A stretch of DNA of 64,000 nucleotides from Marsupella aquatica. Lineage: Eukaryota > Plantae > Marchantiophyta. Shown here in pieces: positions 42,301 through 54,980 of this stretch. The notes under the pieces are model-generated. The model had not been told where the DNA came from and did no database searches. It was given only the letters and a program-made list of their open reading frames with translations. Both the position numbers and the translations under genes were made by a program. The stretch is taken from contig OZ316895.1 in assembly GCA_973895155.1 (NCBI GenBank), positions 20,970,803-21,034,802 on the forward strand. The letters are read 5' to 3'. The first letter of the stretch is position 1, and every line of letters begins with the position of its first letter.

Positions 42301-44870
42301 TCTGGTCCGATTCTCTCCAGTCGAAATAGTTGAGCAGGTTCGATGGTTGCAAGGGCTTTATCTTACTAATTCAGCAGTGACTCAACAGATTCGATTGTTT
42401 CGGAATCATTATTCCATGCAGACATCTGGACCCACATTTGTTACCTGTTAGAACTGCTGTGGGGCAGTTGTGTTGTGCTAATGTGCAGTTTTTATGCTGT
42501 ACTGACAGGTGAAGAGGCTTCCCTATCATATAAATGATGAGGAATTTTCCGAAGCACTTGTTGCGGCATTTTTAGATCTTACCAGACTGGGATCACCAAA
42601 GATTCAGAAAGAACATCACCCTCGGAAGTCATTCTCCCATGACGTGGGGACTAGGCCTATGAGGCCTGACATCGGACACCTACCTTTAGCAAAGCCAGGT
42701 CTTTCCTCTTTTGACCTCTCCTGACCACGAAACATATCTCTTGATTTCACTAACAATATGTCAGTCAAGGTTCAATGTGCCATTGGTTTCTCTCATTTTG
42801 CATAAAGTATATTTGGTAAACCAAAAAATTGTCAAGAAAAGCAAGAAGCTTAGCAGGAGAAGAGGCAGACAGCATTACGAAGGAATTTTCACCCATTACA
42901 AAGGTTATTACACATGGGTACCTGTGAATTGTTCTGTTTAAGCATGTGAGATGGGTAGCTTGCATTGGACGTAGAACAATTTGTCCCTCCAAAGCATGTC
43001 TGCTCTCTACATTCTGAACTGGAAGCTCAGCATCCTATATGTCTGTTCTGCGTCGTTGTCGAGTTTAGCTTATAGGGTTTGCTGTCCACATGGTAGCTGG
43101 AAAACGTTTTGGTGATACTAACACTAGACAGGACACGCCATTAAAGCATTTTCAGTTCTCAAGTCATTCCTCTGTTGTCCAATTGTGCATATCGGACCAG
43201 AAACGAAGCAAAAGTACCAAGCTGCTCTCCATAAACTCTGGGCCCAGATTGAACAAGGTGCTCCAATCATTGGTGCTGGGGCTGGGACTGGCATATCAGC
43301 CAAGTTTGAAGAGCAAGGAGGAGCTGATTTAATTCTGGTCTACAATTCTGGACGTTTCCGAATGGCCGGAAGAGGTTCTCTGTCTGGTCTCCTACCATTC
43401 AAAGATGCAAATGCAGTGGTGATCGAGATGGCAAATGAAGTCCTACCGGTATCTATAAGTTTTGAACGATCTTGGATTTGCTCATGAACATGATCATGGA
43501 TACCCACGATGTTCTTACGTTATTAACATTTTTTTCAGTAGAAAGTAAGGACCATTATAACTTCGATCGTTGTCGACATTATACCACCAATGGCATCAGT
43601 GGGTCTAAGTGCCTATCGTGAGTACTCTTCCTTGTGAGTGCTGGTGCACATTACCACAGTCTGAAGGCTACAAGGTTGACACATTGTGCAGGTGGTCAAA
43701 AAAGTGCCAGTCCTGGCAGGTGTCTGTGCGACAGACCCTTTCCGACAGATGAGCACTTTCTTGCGTGAACTAGAGCTGATAGGATACCAAGGTGTGCAAA
43801 ACTTCCCAACAGTAGGCCTTATTGATGGGACGTTTCGCCAGAATCTTGAGGAGACAGGGATGGGTTATGGGTACTTCTCACTTGACTCTTGCTCAATTTA
43901 CTGTTTCTTTCACAATGCCTTCCAGAATTTAGACAACCAATCTCATTCCTGCGGTCCCTCTTCAAACGAAAGAGAATACAAATTTGGAGATGGCACTGAA
44001 ATTCTGTAAAAATGATAATCAGAACTATAATCTACTGATTTTAGCCAGAATAGTGACGCGCGTGAACAGGTCTTTCTCTAGCCAGACAGTAGATTTGGAT
44101 GGGCAGGTATTGTATGGTGCTCTTATGGAGGAATCTTCAATCTCACTCTCTATATGTTTTTGTAAATAACAGATTGGAGGTGGACATGATCCGACTGGCT
44201 CATTCCATGGGACTTTTGACGACTCCATATGCGTTCAATGAATCAGAGGCAACTGCAATGGCAGAGGCTGGTGCAGATATAGTGGTGGCTCACATGGGCC
44301 TGACAACCGCCGGGTCAATTGGAGCTACGACAGCAAAGTCTTTAGACCAATCCGTGGAACTTGTACAAGCCATTGCTGATGCAGCCCGAAAAGTCAACCC
44401 ACAAGTGATTATACTTTGTCATGGAGGTGCGTACTCTAACTTATTTTAATGGAAAGACTTTGTGCATGGTTTGCTTCATCAAATCTCAGACTTTTGTTTC
44501 TCCAGGATTCTAATTTTCCATTTTACTCTGTGAGTCGACGTGATTCTAAGATACAACTTTAAACATATATATAGTGCTCCTGATTCTTTCGACCGTTCTA
44601 AATGAACTGTCATTTGTTCACGTAGTTGATGGTTCATCAAGCGCGGCCTTCTCAAATTTGGAGTGCTTGTCACTATCTTATCTTTTGTGGTGGTTTAACC
44701 GGTTTCATTTGGCAGGTCCTATTTCTGGACCAGAAGAAGCTGAATTTGTTTTGAAGCGAACACGAGGAGTACATGGTTTTTATGGTGCGTCCAGTATGGA
44801 GCGTCTCCCCGTGGAACAAGCGATAAGCAACACAATGAGGCAGTATAAAGCCATCAAATTGACGACTTAA
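39351..44870 (+). CDS. Tm-1-like protein (UPF0261 ATP-binding domain plus TIM-barrel domain), 10 exons, ~750 aa
   Basis: Motifs [53 protein letters not shown] and [14 protein letters not shown]. Exons: 39351-39494, 39895-40510, 40900-40943, 41307-41513, 41866-42081, 42509-42698, 43201-43448, 43692-43870, 44173-44426, 44716-44870. They sum to 2253 nt. Confidence 0.94.
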
Positions 44871-46112
44871 CACCCCCCCCCCCCCCTCCCTCCCCTCCCC
44901 CTTCGTTCTTTTCCGGACCACTTGTAATCCTTCTGCTCAAATGTCTAAACTGGACCCTTCTTATGGGCCTTTCAGAATTGCAGGAAGGTACGGGAGAAGT
45001 TCACCGCGAGCAACTATGGACCAATAGAGTGTGTTAATAATAAATTGATTACGCAGAGGCTTCTCATGTACATCTCTTCCTGTTTCTCAACAGTGCTCAG
45101 TTTGCAGGGTGGGGTTTGAGCACCTGGGTTGTTGGGCTTTAGCTACTGCCGAATTCTCTTCGGTCAATTTGATCACAGTAACTATGTTGCTCTCACGTAA
45201 AGCTGCTAAGAGATGCAGTCAATGACCAAGTGGTAACCAGAATTTTTCCAGCTACGTTGCCTGTCTTTGTTGGGCTAATCACAACTTGGTACATCATGAA
45301 TTTGCTCTTCTATGAAATGTGGATATTACACGATGGTCTTAGTTTTGAGTAGCAAATGTAGGAACTTCCTGAAATGCCCGGACCGTTCCGTCGTTCACAT
45401 ATTATCTTCCCCGGTTGTATATGTCCAAAACCAACTCGGCCGCAGTCTTTAACGTATTTCTACTGTGCATGATTACTTTCATTACCAAGGTACGAAAGGA
45501 GTCAGTTGCAAAAGAAAAAATTAAATCATCCATGGATTGAAGCGATTTCCAAGGTGATGTCATGGTTTAGTCATTCGTGACTCCATTCCGTTGACATTGT
45601 TTTATTGGTCGGAGCGTCAGAATCTGCAAACTACAACCCTAGAACATGATCCCAGGCTCTGCCCTCACGAACAGCCACGCCAAAGTTGGGGTCCCACTAC
45701 TAAAAACACGAGCGGGGATCTGAGAGAGGTAATTCCAGCTCAATAGAGTTCCAGAATTCTCCTTCAAATTTTGTTTCACAAGATTACTTCTGAAAATCTT
45801 GGCATATTAGGAGTGCGAAATATGCAAAAATCTCCCTCATAAACAATATCAGCTTGCCGCAATGAGGTGGCAGCTGCAAGAAAGGGGCCAGTGGTCTGAA
45901 TGATATGCACTTTGGTCCTATTGTGGGAAAAAAGCTGCATATATGGGAAATTTTCAGGTAGTAGGTGCAAACCCAGTGTCATGCGATAAGGATGTGCCTG
46001 TTTGGATCCTAAGTTGCCATCTACACCATAGTTCTAGGGCATCCTTTAACCTAAGGAACTTGTGTTCTAGTCACTGGATTAAATGTTAAAATTCTATGAC
46101 ACGTGCCCACCA

Positions 46113-47337
46113 TTACAAACCAACTTCGTTTCTCCTCAAAGCCGTGGAGCTCATCTTTTCCACATTCTCTGGATCTATCACAAGATCAACCACTACCACC
46201 TGAGATATCCAACCACACTCAAGTTAAAACGGATATATACCTCGAGCACGACAGGTTTGTGATACAACATCAAGCTAAAATCCACGCACCTTCAACTGTG
46301 AAAGTCCTCTTTCGGCTCTTTTTTTGTTGACAGCATCAGCACCTGCGAGTGTCTCGTGACTGTGCCAGACAGTACCATGATGATGAGACTCTGACACCGG
46401 TTTAAAGTAAGCTGTACACATCTCAGATGGCCTATTGAGAACTATCGAACTATGGAAAGCTGCTGAGCGGCAAATCAGTGAACCGATGACCCCCAGAATC
46501 GAAGGACCTCATACCTTACAACAATAGCTTCTAGTCCCTCATCGACAATTGAAGGTCCAAAAGGGTCGTAAATACTCTCCGTTTGCACTTGAAGTTCTGG
46601 TTTAACAGACTGTTTCAATCACTATCCCCATGAGAACAAAAGCTTGACGATTTTGAAATCTTCAAAATTCCAAACACCGCCAACAGGCAAAGGCTATCCT
46701 TCAATTCAACCAACGTCAAAGACGAGGGAAAAGAAAAATTGCAAAACGGCCTCCTACCTTGATGTAGTCCTCAACAGCTCTCTTTCTTTTTTCCACGGGT
46801 TGTATTATATGCCGTAGCTGTCAAGCAAACCAAAACAAACAGGAGAAGTACTTAAGCCCAAGTCATTTGGAAGTGAATAACCTCAACATTTTTAGCTATT
46901 CGAAGAGAGATTTTTTTCTTTTCTACTCCGAGGATCCTCTGAGGGCTTTTCTTGCAGAATTTGTTACCTTGGAAGCAAGAAACAACCTCTACCTTCATCT
47001 TTTTTGAGCCGACAGAGTACATTTATAGAAAGCAAAATGGTACCTCTTTCTTGGCCAACATGGGCCCATCACTTATTCCCACGACTACTCGAAGCCGTGC
47101 TTGTTCAGCTGCCGCCTGATGACATTGACGAGATTCACCAAGAGGCTGAGGTAGTAAGGTATCTGGACAATGAGAAAGCAACAAATCCTAGAATTGCAGG
47201 GTGGGCAGGGCAGTTCATTGCATGAAATCGAAGGTCACACATACTTTGAGAAGCACACGGTGCCCATCATGCAGCCTATCGAAGGTGCCGCCCAACACCA
47301 CCGCTTTGTACGGTGCACTGGCGGCCAAATTCTCCAT
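46113..47337 (-). CDS. COAD: Phosphopantetheine adenylyltransferase (eukaryotic PPAT/CoaD), 6 exons, 158 aa
   Basis: Hand-spliced exons 47245-47337, 47044-47115, 46758-46817, 46515-46609, 46290-46359 and 46113-46199 give [26 protein letters not shown]...[21 protein letters not shown]...KMSSTALRR. HxGH and KMSS nucleotidyltransferase motifs are present and all introns are GT-AG. Confidence 0.93.
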
Positions 47338-47749
47338 AGTCCGCCAACGAGCTCAGCTCGGTCAGATCTGCAGCTCTTCTGAGGACTGCCAAAGAATTCT
47401 CCCCCGAATTTTCCCCAAAATATCACCGGTGTACACCTAACAGGCACTCGAAGTTGAGAATCCGGGACGTAATTAGGTCCGCAAGTGATGCCTCCTCAAT
47501 TACCATGAACTCTGGGACGATTTCTCGCACGCATTTTCGTCTGGGGCCCTTTCAGATGCATCCGAAGTGATCAAATCAGAGCGAAGTCCTCAGAATCGGG
47601 TCCGATCCAAATCAACGAAGAAGGAAATCAAAATTGCATCCAAACAATATAGAGTTGGTGGGTCGGATCAAATCGCTGAACCTTCAAGCTACAGAGCAGC
47701 ACTATGATTCTCACGGAGCAGACGATGCGTCAGATCCAATCGAGCTGAA

Positions 47750-48010
47750 GCAGAGAAAGGGTACTACTGTAATTTGCAGGAGCACTGATCACCAACCTCA
47801 TTTTTAAGCCTTTTTTTTGCCGCCACTGTGACGAATGTCACCTTGAGAAGAGCTGAAAAGGAGAGAAAGGGTATTAATTTGCAACGAGCACTCATCACCA
47901 AACTTATTTTTTAAGGCTTCTTTTCATCACCAAACTTATTTTTTAAGGTTTCCTTCCCATCACCAAACTTATTTTTTAAGGTTTTCCTTTTTTTTCGCCA
48001 CTGTCACCTT
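47750..48010. repeat. Local duplications upstream of PPAT (one ~110-bp duplication and catcaccaaacttattttttaagg x3)
   Basis: Direct repeats visible in the sequence. Confidence 0.7.
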
Positions 48011-48719
48011 TGGGAAGATGCCACGGAGATTCCTTGCCTAGTTTTTCTATATTAGTTGCTGACCCTCAGATCTCAGTGCATTTAAGGATGACCATCAGAT
48101 TTTGGCCAATGGGAGGCTAAGGGGGTAGGTGGCTAGGTGGGAAACTGGCAAAATGGATTAGTATCATAACTTATTTAGTTTCCCTCCTGAAACTGTTAGA
48201 TGGAAGATGGAAATTTAGTCTCCCTCCTGAAATAGTCTCACACACACTAATAAGGGTATGACTACAAATCTGAGAAGAATATAAAAACTAGGTTCTTTAT
48301 TAGTCTCCTTCAGTTAATAAAAAATGACACTAAGAAAAGAACCTCCTGTGTATTCTGAGTCTAAAAATGATGATTAAGGATCACAAGATGATGAAATCCG
48401 ACATGACAATTCTATATCTGAAAATGGATTTAGAGTAGACTCGAATTCCATTAGTACAAGCCGTGTTTTTGATTTTATATGCTCTTGTAAAGTCATCTTA
48501 CTACTGGAAAAAATTGTACTTTTCAGAAGTTACACACATTAATTCAATGTTTATCACACACTATTTGCATGTCACCAAAAATAATGTCACTTACTTTAGT
48601 TTAGAATGACATATATATACACTCACTTCTTATATAGTCTCACACACATTAATTATGGTGACATCTCTCAAAACCTTTTGTTTGTAAATATTTTGTGTGA
48701 AACTAATTATTGTACCTTC

Positions 48720-48985
48720 TGATGATGAATCATACTCATGAATACCAGACTCATCTTGTATTCAAGCCAACATGACTTGCATGTCATGCATGTCCCAAGT
48801 GTGTGGGTACCCTTGTCATGACTCTTCTGACAATGAATCCTACTCTTGAATACCAGACTCGTCTTGTATTCAAGCCAACATGACCATGTCATGCATGTCC
48901 CAAGTGTGTGGGTTCCCATGACATGACTCTTCTGACGATGAATCCTACTCTTGAATACCAGACTCGTCCTGTATTCAAGCCAACA
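48720..48985. repeat. ~105-bp tandem repeat, 2.5 copies
   Basis: atgaatc.tactc.tgaataccagactc.tc.tgtattcaagccaaca occurs three times. Confidence 0.8.
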
Positions 48986-51900
48986 CCCAGTTGTCTTCCA
49001 AGGTAATATCGTGTGTTGTATGTCTGTACTGACATTGTTGTCATAGAGGGGCAGGTTTTGTCAAGTAAAGCATGCACTTGTGATTCGGTTTATGCTGATT
49101 GCATGTGTGCGTCACAAAGACAAGACACAATATGTGTTCAACTGCAGGAGTGACAGTATTCACTTCTATATCCATTTTTAGACATGATACTGGAAGTGCA
49201 TAGTTCTCAGTAGCGTTGAGTACATTGTCACACATCCACAAAAAATAAGGGAATACTACTCCAAAACACCCTAGATTACTTTGTAAATGTTACACAAAAT
49301 TGTACAGAGCAAAATAAATCTGTATTGGCAGTCATGGCACTGTCCTAAACAACTTACTTCAGTGATATATGGCACTGTCCTACACAACTAACTTTAGTAC
49401 CTATTATCCACATATATCATTACTTGCCCAATTGGGAAGGGTGAAGAAGGTGGTCAACTGCTGTGATGAATGGATCCTAGGAAGTACACCCTTGAAAGTC
49501 ATGTTCATAAAGTTGTGATTGGTGTACCATGTCTATAGAGTCCACATGTATGTCATCCACAGCAAAAGTCATGGTTCGGTCAAGAACCGTGTTCTGTGGT
49601 ATTGTTTGTGCCCGTCCTGTTGTACCTCGTCCCCTCCCCTTGCTTATCTGGTGTTTGGGTCGCTTTTGCTTTACTGGAACTGTGCACTGCTTTACTGGAC
49701 CATCCCTTGTTCACCACAGGGCGAATGTGCACAGCCTTGATAAGGTTCACAAGAATCGTCTTCTTGGGGATGATCGGCTGCTGGGCCGATACTACACAAT
49801 ACTTATTCTTGAGCATTGCCTTCCTTCGAGCTTTGGATTGCTTCCAGCAAAGGCGCACGATGGACCTCAACCGAGTCCATGCATCCTCATTCACGTCCTT
49901 CTTGGCTGCAGCCCGACCTTGCTTCTGCTTCTTCTTTTGAGCATGACAAACTGATATGTCATATTTAGAACTCAACCAAGGCAACCCTGGCTCCAATAGA
50001 GCAAGGCGGCAATGTCATGTTGTGCGTCAAAAACATGTGTGTCTGGAATGCTTTAAAGGAACCATAAGACCGTGGCACATGGGGACCAGCTATGCAGACA
50101 AAAATATGGTCTCCATTCGAATGGACGCGGTGGCGGAAATGTTCATTGTCCTTAGCTTAACGAACTCTGGCACCTCGTGGCGCCATGGCAAAGGTGAGAA
50201 CTCCAAAGCTACCTTGGTTGGGCTCTACATTAAACCCAACCTCTCGACCTAGTGCTCTGCCTCAATCTGAATTCAAAAACAGCAGAACAACACAATTCAA
50301 AAACAATGCAAAGCATATCAAAGTGTGAGCTCAACCAGTGACAAAAGCACGCAAAACAATCACAATCCAGCACGCAAAGGGCACATGCCCATGCCCACGT
50401 CCGACGCCAATGCCCACGCCCACAGTGTCACGACCCAAAACTCGTGTCTGGAGCAGCACCCTCGTCCTCACCCGGTCCGCAACAGCTTCAGACAACATGC
50501 AACAAGATTTGCGAATAGAAGGCTGTCAGGCGCGACGGCACTAGTGAACATCAACCCTAAAACCCTAGATGTTTGTATACACAAAACTAGTTTAGTCTGA
50601 CCTCATGTACTGCACATTTGCACACAAGACTAGTTTGGTCTTCAAACTAAAAGTGCATGGGCCCTGACCTTACCATGGACGGACTGCAAGTCTACCGCGA
50701 TGGACTGCAAGCAAACTGCGACTGCGGCGGACTGCGGCCTCAAATGCATTGCAAAGCCCCATAGTTGTGGTGAATCGTCCTGGTCAGGCTTCCCACGCCC
50801 CAATGTGTACAAAACTGTCAGAGGGGGTCGATTGGGGCACTTTTGAACATAGGGGGTCGATCAAGGAAGAAAGAGTCCACAGGGGGTCAATTAAGCATAT
50901 ACCTCTTAATGAAATGATGATAACAATTATCCTGCATGTCATCATTTTTCCCATGGGCAGGGGAAACAAGCAGCAGAAGGCCACAGCAGCACAAGGACAC
51001 CCTCAACAGTGGCCAGAGAAAACAAAGAATCCAACAGGGGCCCACGCGGACACACAGTAATTGTCCAACTAAAACAAACAGGAGCAGTACCCAAGCCCTA
51101 AGTCATTTCGGTGGTGTAACTTATTTTCAAGAATGGAGTTGGCAAGTGGACCTGGCAATTGGATTTCAAGGACTAGGCAAAGTCCTGGGAGAGTGATGAG
51201 TTTGGCATGGAAACTGTTCACTGTGGTACCATTAGGTCATCTCATGGTCAGGGAAAAATGTCACCATAATCAAGCCACCTGGAGGTTTCTCACCTAAATG
51301 ATATTGCATAAACAAATCATGAGAAAGAAAGTTTGTCACAGCATATTTTAGTGTTCAGATGGTTCCTTTCCCAGAAAATGAAACAGGCCACTTTCACTCC
51401 CCACCCTCTCACCACTGGGAGTGGGAGAACTCGATCCCCACATCTTGAATGGAACCCTCAAAAAGAACCAATATCATTTTGAATACCGAGCGAATGAAAG
51501 ATCATCACTGTTGATTGGGCCCGGAAAATGGCTCACTGAACTTTCAAAAAGAGACCCAATCTTCTTTTTGAGTTGTATGTTAAAAAACGGGGTGTGAAGG
51601 ATGATCTGTAGAGCCTGAAAAGTTTGTAATCATAAATTCTCTCACTGACATCGATAGACTCATCAAACTCTGGTTACATGTCCACAGGCCTTTCCGAATG
51701 AATCTTGTTCCAACATGTGAATTGGAAGAGTTTCTGTTCCAGAGAGTAGAAGCTCATTTTCTTTATCGTAGTCCATACACTCATAGAATCACCAGACCAT
51801 CCTTCTGTAATCCTAAATTATTCTCACTGCTTTCTGTTGATACCACCGTGGGAATGTGAAGTTCCATTAAACAGTAGTACCGACCATGCGTGTGAATTGC

Positions 51901-52295
51901 AAAAAATTATTTTCAGAGAGTAGAAGATCAATTATGAATAGTAGTTCATGCACTCGTAAGATACCAGGACCATGCTTCTATAGTCATAAACAGTACTCTA
52001 TCCTTCACATTCAAGTGAGAGGAATCTTACAGTGTCGACTATGAGCACTGATCCTGAGAACAGAGCTGAAACCATAGGAGGAAAGAAAGCAGGAAAAATT
52101 CGGACCGACTATACTTGAGACAACATTCACGCAAGATACATCCAAACGACAGACATGCAACGACAGCCGTCTGGATAAAAGAGGTGGCTCGCTGTTGCCT
52201 TAGAAATTCGCTTGATCTTTGATACAGAGGTAATCAACAATTACAGTACACAAGAGGCAGAGTTTATGCACAGAAACAGAGATGGGCTCCTTCCT

Positions 52296-54599
52296 TTACA
52301 TCCTTCCTCGGGGACCAACTACGGCTGGGTTCTTGGGACCATTCTTAATAGCCAAGAGGTCACCGGTGGCAGTGGTGCTGGCATATCCTAGTGCACCAGC
52401 TCCTCCCAGAATCAAAAACTTCAGCAACAATCCTCTCTTGGTGAAAGCCCCGCCAAAGGTCTCGAAGAACTTGCTCTGCACCGAACAAAACCTGCCATCA
52501 GTCTTTGACACGGAAAGTATCACAAGACACAGAAAGACCCACATCCAGCCTGCTGGGTATGACCAATATCATTCAGGACCGGTATTATAAATTAGAGGAA
52601 GAGAATTGAGAATTTGGAATTAACACTGCAAACGTGACAAAAACGAAGTTTTCAGGCTTGCACACACTTAAGGAAACCACACAGAATTGGTCTCAGACCA
52701 AGTTGATGACGAATATATGCTAATTATGCCCTTGACCACTATCACTGTTAACCGAGGTTCAACACTGTGGCGTTGATAATTCACGGCCCCAGCTATCCAA
52801 TTTCCAGAGAGGAAATTTGAAGTAGTCTTCTGATTGGCAAATGCCGAAGGACAATAGGGGAAGTGACGTTCAGTGCAATTCGATGTTCCCTTTCCGTCAT
52901 CAGTTTTCAGATTAAATTACCCCGGAGAATCAGAGTAGCACGAAGAAGAAGGACAAACCTCCGGCAAAAACAAGTATCAAACGATGGCATCGGAAGTTTG
53001 AGATTTACCTGGAGGCCATTGTAGGGGGAGAGACCGTCGGAGCCGTACAAGTCCCAGTTTCCGGTAGTGTTGGCAATGTCTTCAAGGTCGAAATAGAGGC
53101 TCTTATCAACGTCATACTTGGCTGTGACTCCCACACTGCATGCACATTGCAAGAGGGGATGAACACGTCAGATAAACCATGACTCATTGTATATATGAAA
53201 AGACCAACCTGCATGAGTCGAACCCCACACCATTATGGCTAGGACAAGGACATACAAGTCCTAAGAGCTCGACTGATAGCAGTGCGAGCTGTAAACGTGA
53301 TAGATACAGAAAGGCCGTCAAGATCTTCCAAGACTGAAGTAAAGTGACCGATAGATCCCTTCAGGGCCTGGCCCTGTTCAAAACGCTGTCGGAGTAAGTT
53401 CCAATTGAGGGAATATTGTGTGAGACACTACAATTGGCTCGGACTTGGAAGTAAAGTACTCGCATCCCACTCCAACTCACAAGCGCTCCGAAAGCAGGAC
53501 TGAGAGTCTCGTAATCACTTGGATTACTGCACGTCCGACTCCTACCCAACTCCTGTTCCAACCTCTAGCAGTGTTGGAGGGGATATCCAACGTCACGAAG
53601 TGTCGGAAGTTCTAGCTCTCACTCTCGCAGTTCCATTCCGTTGGAGAATAGTCGGGGAATGGCATAGGTAGCAAATTTGAAGAAGTTGAGCAGATTAATT
53701 GCCACGGATAACATGTGAGACCGAATACAGGCCGAAATGAAAGTAAGAGATACAAAGAGAAAAGAGTACTAACAGAAAGGAAGTTTCAAAAACGAAGCAC
53801 TGGGAACACAGCGACCAGCAATGGGAGAACAGGTAAGATGCTCGTGGATTGACCCATCAAAACAGGTGTAGAAACGTGGAAAGCTCAATGTTCCTCCATT
53901 CTCTTCCTGGCAATGAACCAGTGCCCACCATCCAATCCAGTAAACCCGACTACACTGAGCATTGGCTAGCAAGGTCTACAAACTCTCCCTTCAAGCTGCC
54001 ATTCTCCAACCAAAAAAGAATTGCAAGCCTCGGCGGGTCAGCAGCATTGGTGCTCCCAAGGCTGTCAAAGACGGTCTTCATCCCAGACGGCGATTCAAGC
54101 AAATATCGTCCCCGTTACTAAGCACGAAGAGCTGCAATGTAACTACACAACTCCGAGCCGTGGAGAACTCCGCGTTTGGCATCCTCGTATAAGCACAGTA
54201 CATTCAGAAAACGCCGCGTAAGGTGCCTTAGATAGGATGCGCCACCAGTACACTCAGCCAAGGGACCCTTGAAGCAATGGCCATAAGTATCCTCATTAGG
54301 CAACATTTGTCCCGTGATCCACCTTTCTCTAAGCTCTGAACGAAACCTTATACCCGTACACTTCCTCGTCGCAGAATGAATGAGAGAACCCCAAAGAACA
54401 GTATTCGACTACATCACTGTCACAAAAAGATCGATCGGAAAGCAGAGCAAAGGCCGAACACGAATCAAACAAACCTGCGGGCGGCCTTCATGGACACGGG
54501 CCGGGCAGACTTGATGGCGAGCTTCTTGCCACTGAAGCTGCTGCCGCTCAATCCCACCACAGCGGTGGTACTGCACGTCGCTGCTGCGAGAGCTGCCAT
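52296..54599 (-). CDS. PSAH: Photosystem I subunit H (PSI-VI), chloroplast precursor, 3 exons, 143 aa
   Basis: Exons 54475-54599 (Ser/Ala-rich transit peptide), 53008-53134 ([20 protein letters not shown]) and 52296-52475 ([27 protein letters not shown]). In frame with GT-AG introns. Confidence 0.96.
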
Positions 54600-54789
54600 G
54601 TCGTCGAATTTTCACCAATTCTCTTCTCAAGAAATTCCCCTCGGACCGCACTCGGGGCAGCGTTCCACAGATTTGCTTGCTATCAATCGTCGACGATACC
54701 AGAAACCCGATTTCTTGAGCAGAACGACAGTAATCGTCGAGTTCGTCACAGGACAGACGGAGGTTTTCGTCGGACATTGTTGAGCAGGA

Positions 54790-54980
54790 GAGGGGGGATC
54801 GAGCGGAGGGGTGCCACGGTGGAGGGGGGTGGGGGCCACGTGGGCGGAACTGGATAGGGTGACTGGTGGGAGGGCCAACCGGGAGCTTGGGTTCGGGGGA
54901 CATCTGCCATGTCGGATTGGTGGGGCCGGGGGGTGGAGATAGGGGGCAGACGGAGGGGCCAATGGGGGAAGAGGGAGAGG
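54790..54980 (-). promoter_or_regulatory. GC-rich PsaH proximal promoter with a G-box (CCACGTGG; CACGTG at 54837-54842) and CCAAT
   Basis: G-box lies ~240 bp upstream of the ATG of a photosynthesis gene. attgg near 54916 reads CCAAT on the gene strand. Confidence 0.5.

Noticed and set aside
53205-53240. B-box-like GGTTCGACTC on the minus strand in PsaH intron 1 (similar motif near 51430)
   Set aside because: No cloverleaf or A-box could be built, so it is not called as a tRNA.
24509-54599. Functional gene cluster (SPS, Tm-1, PPAT, PsaH)
   Set aside because: Unrelated pathways and mixed orientation give no evidence of co-regulation.
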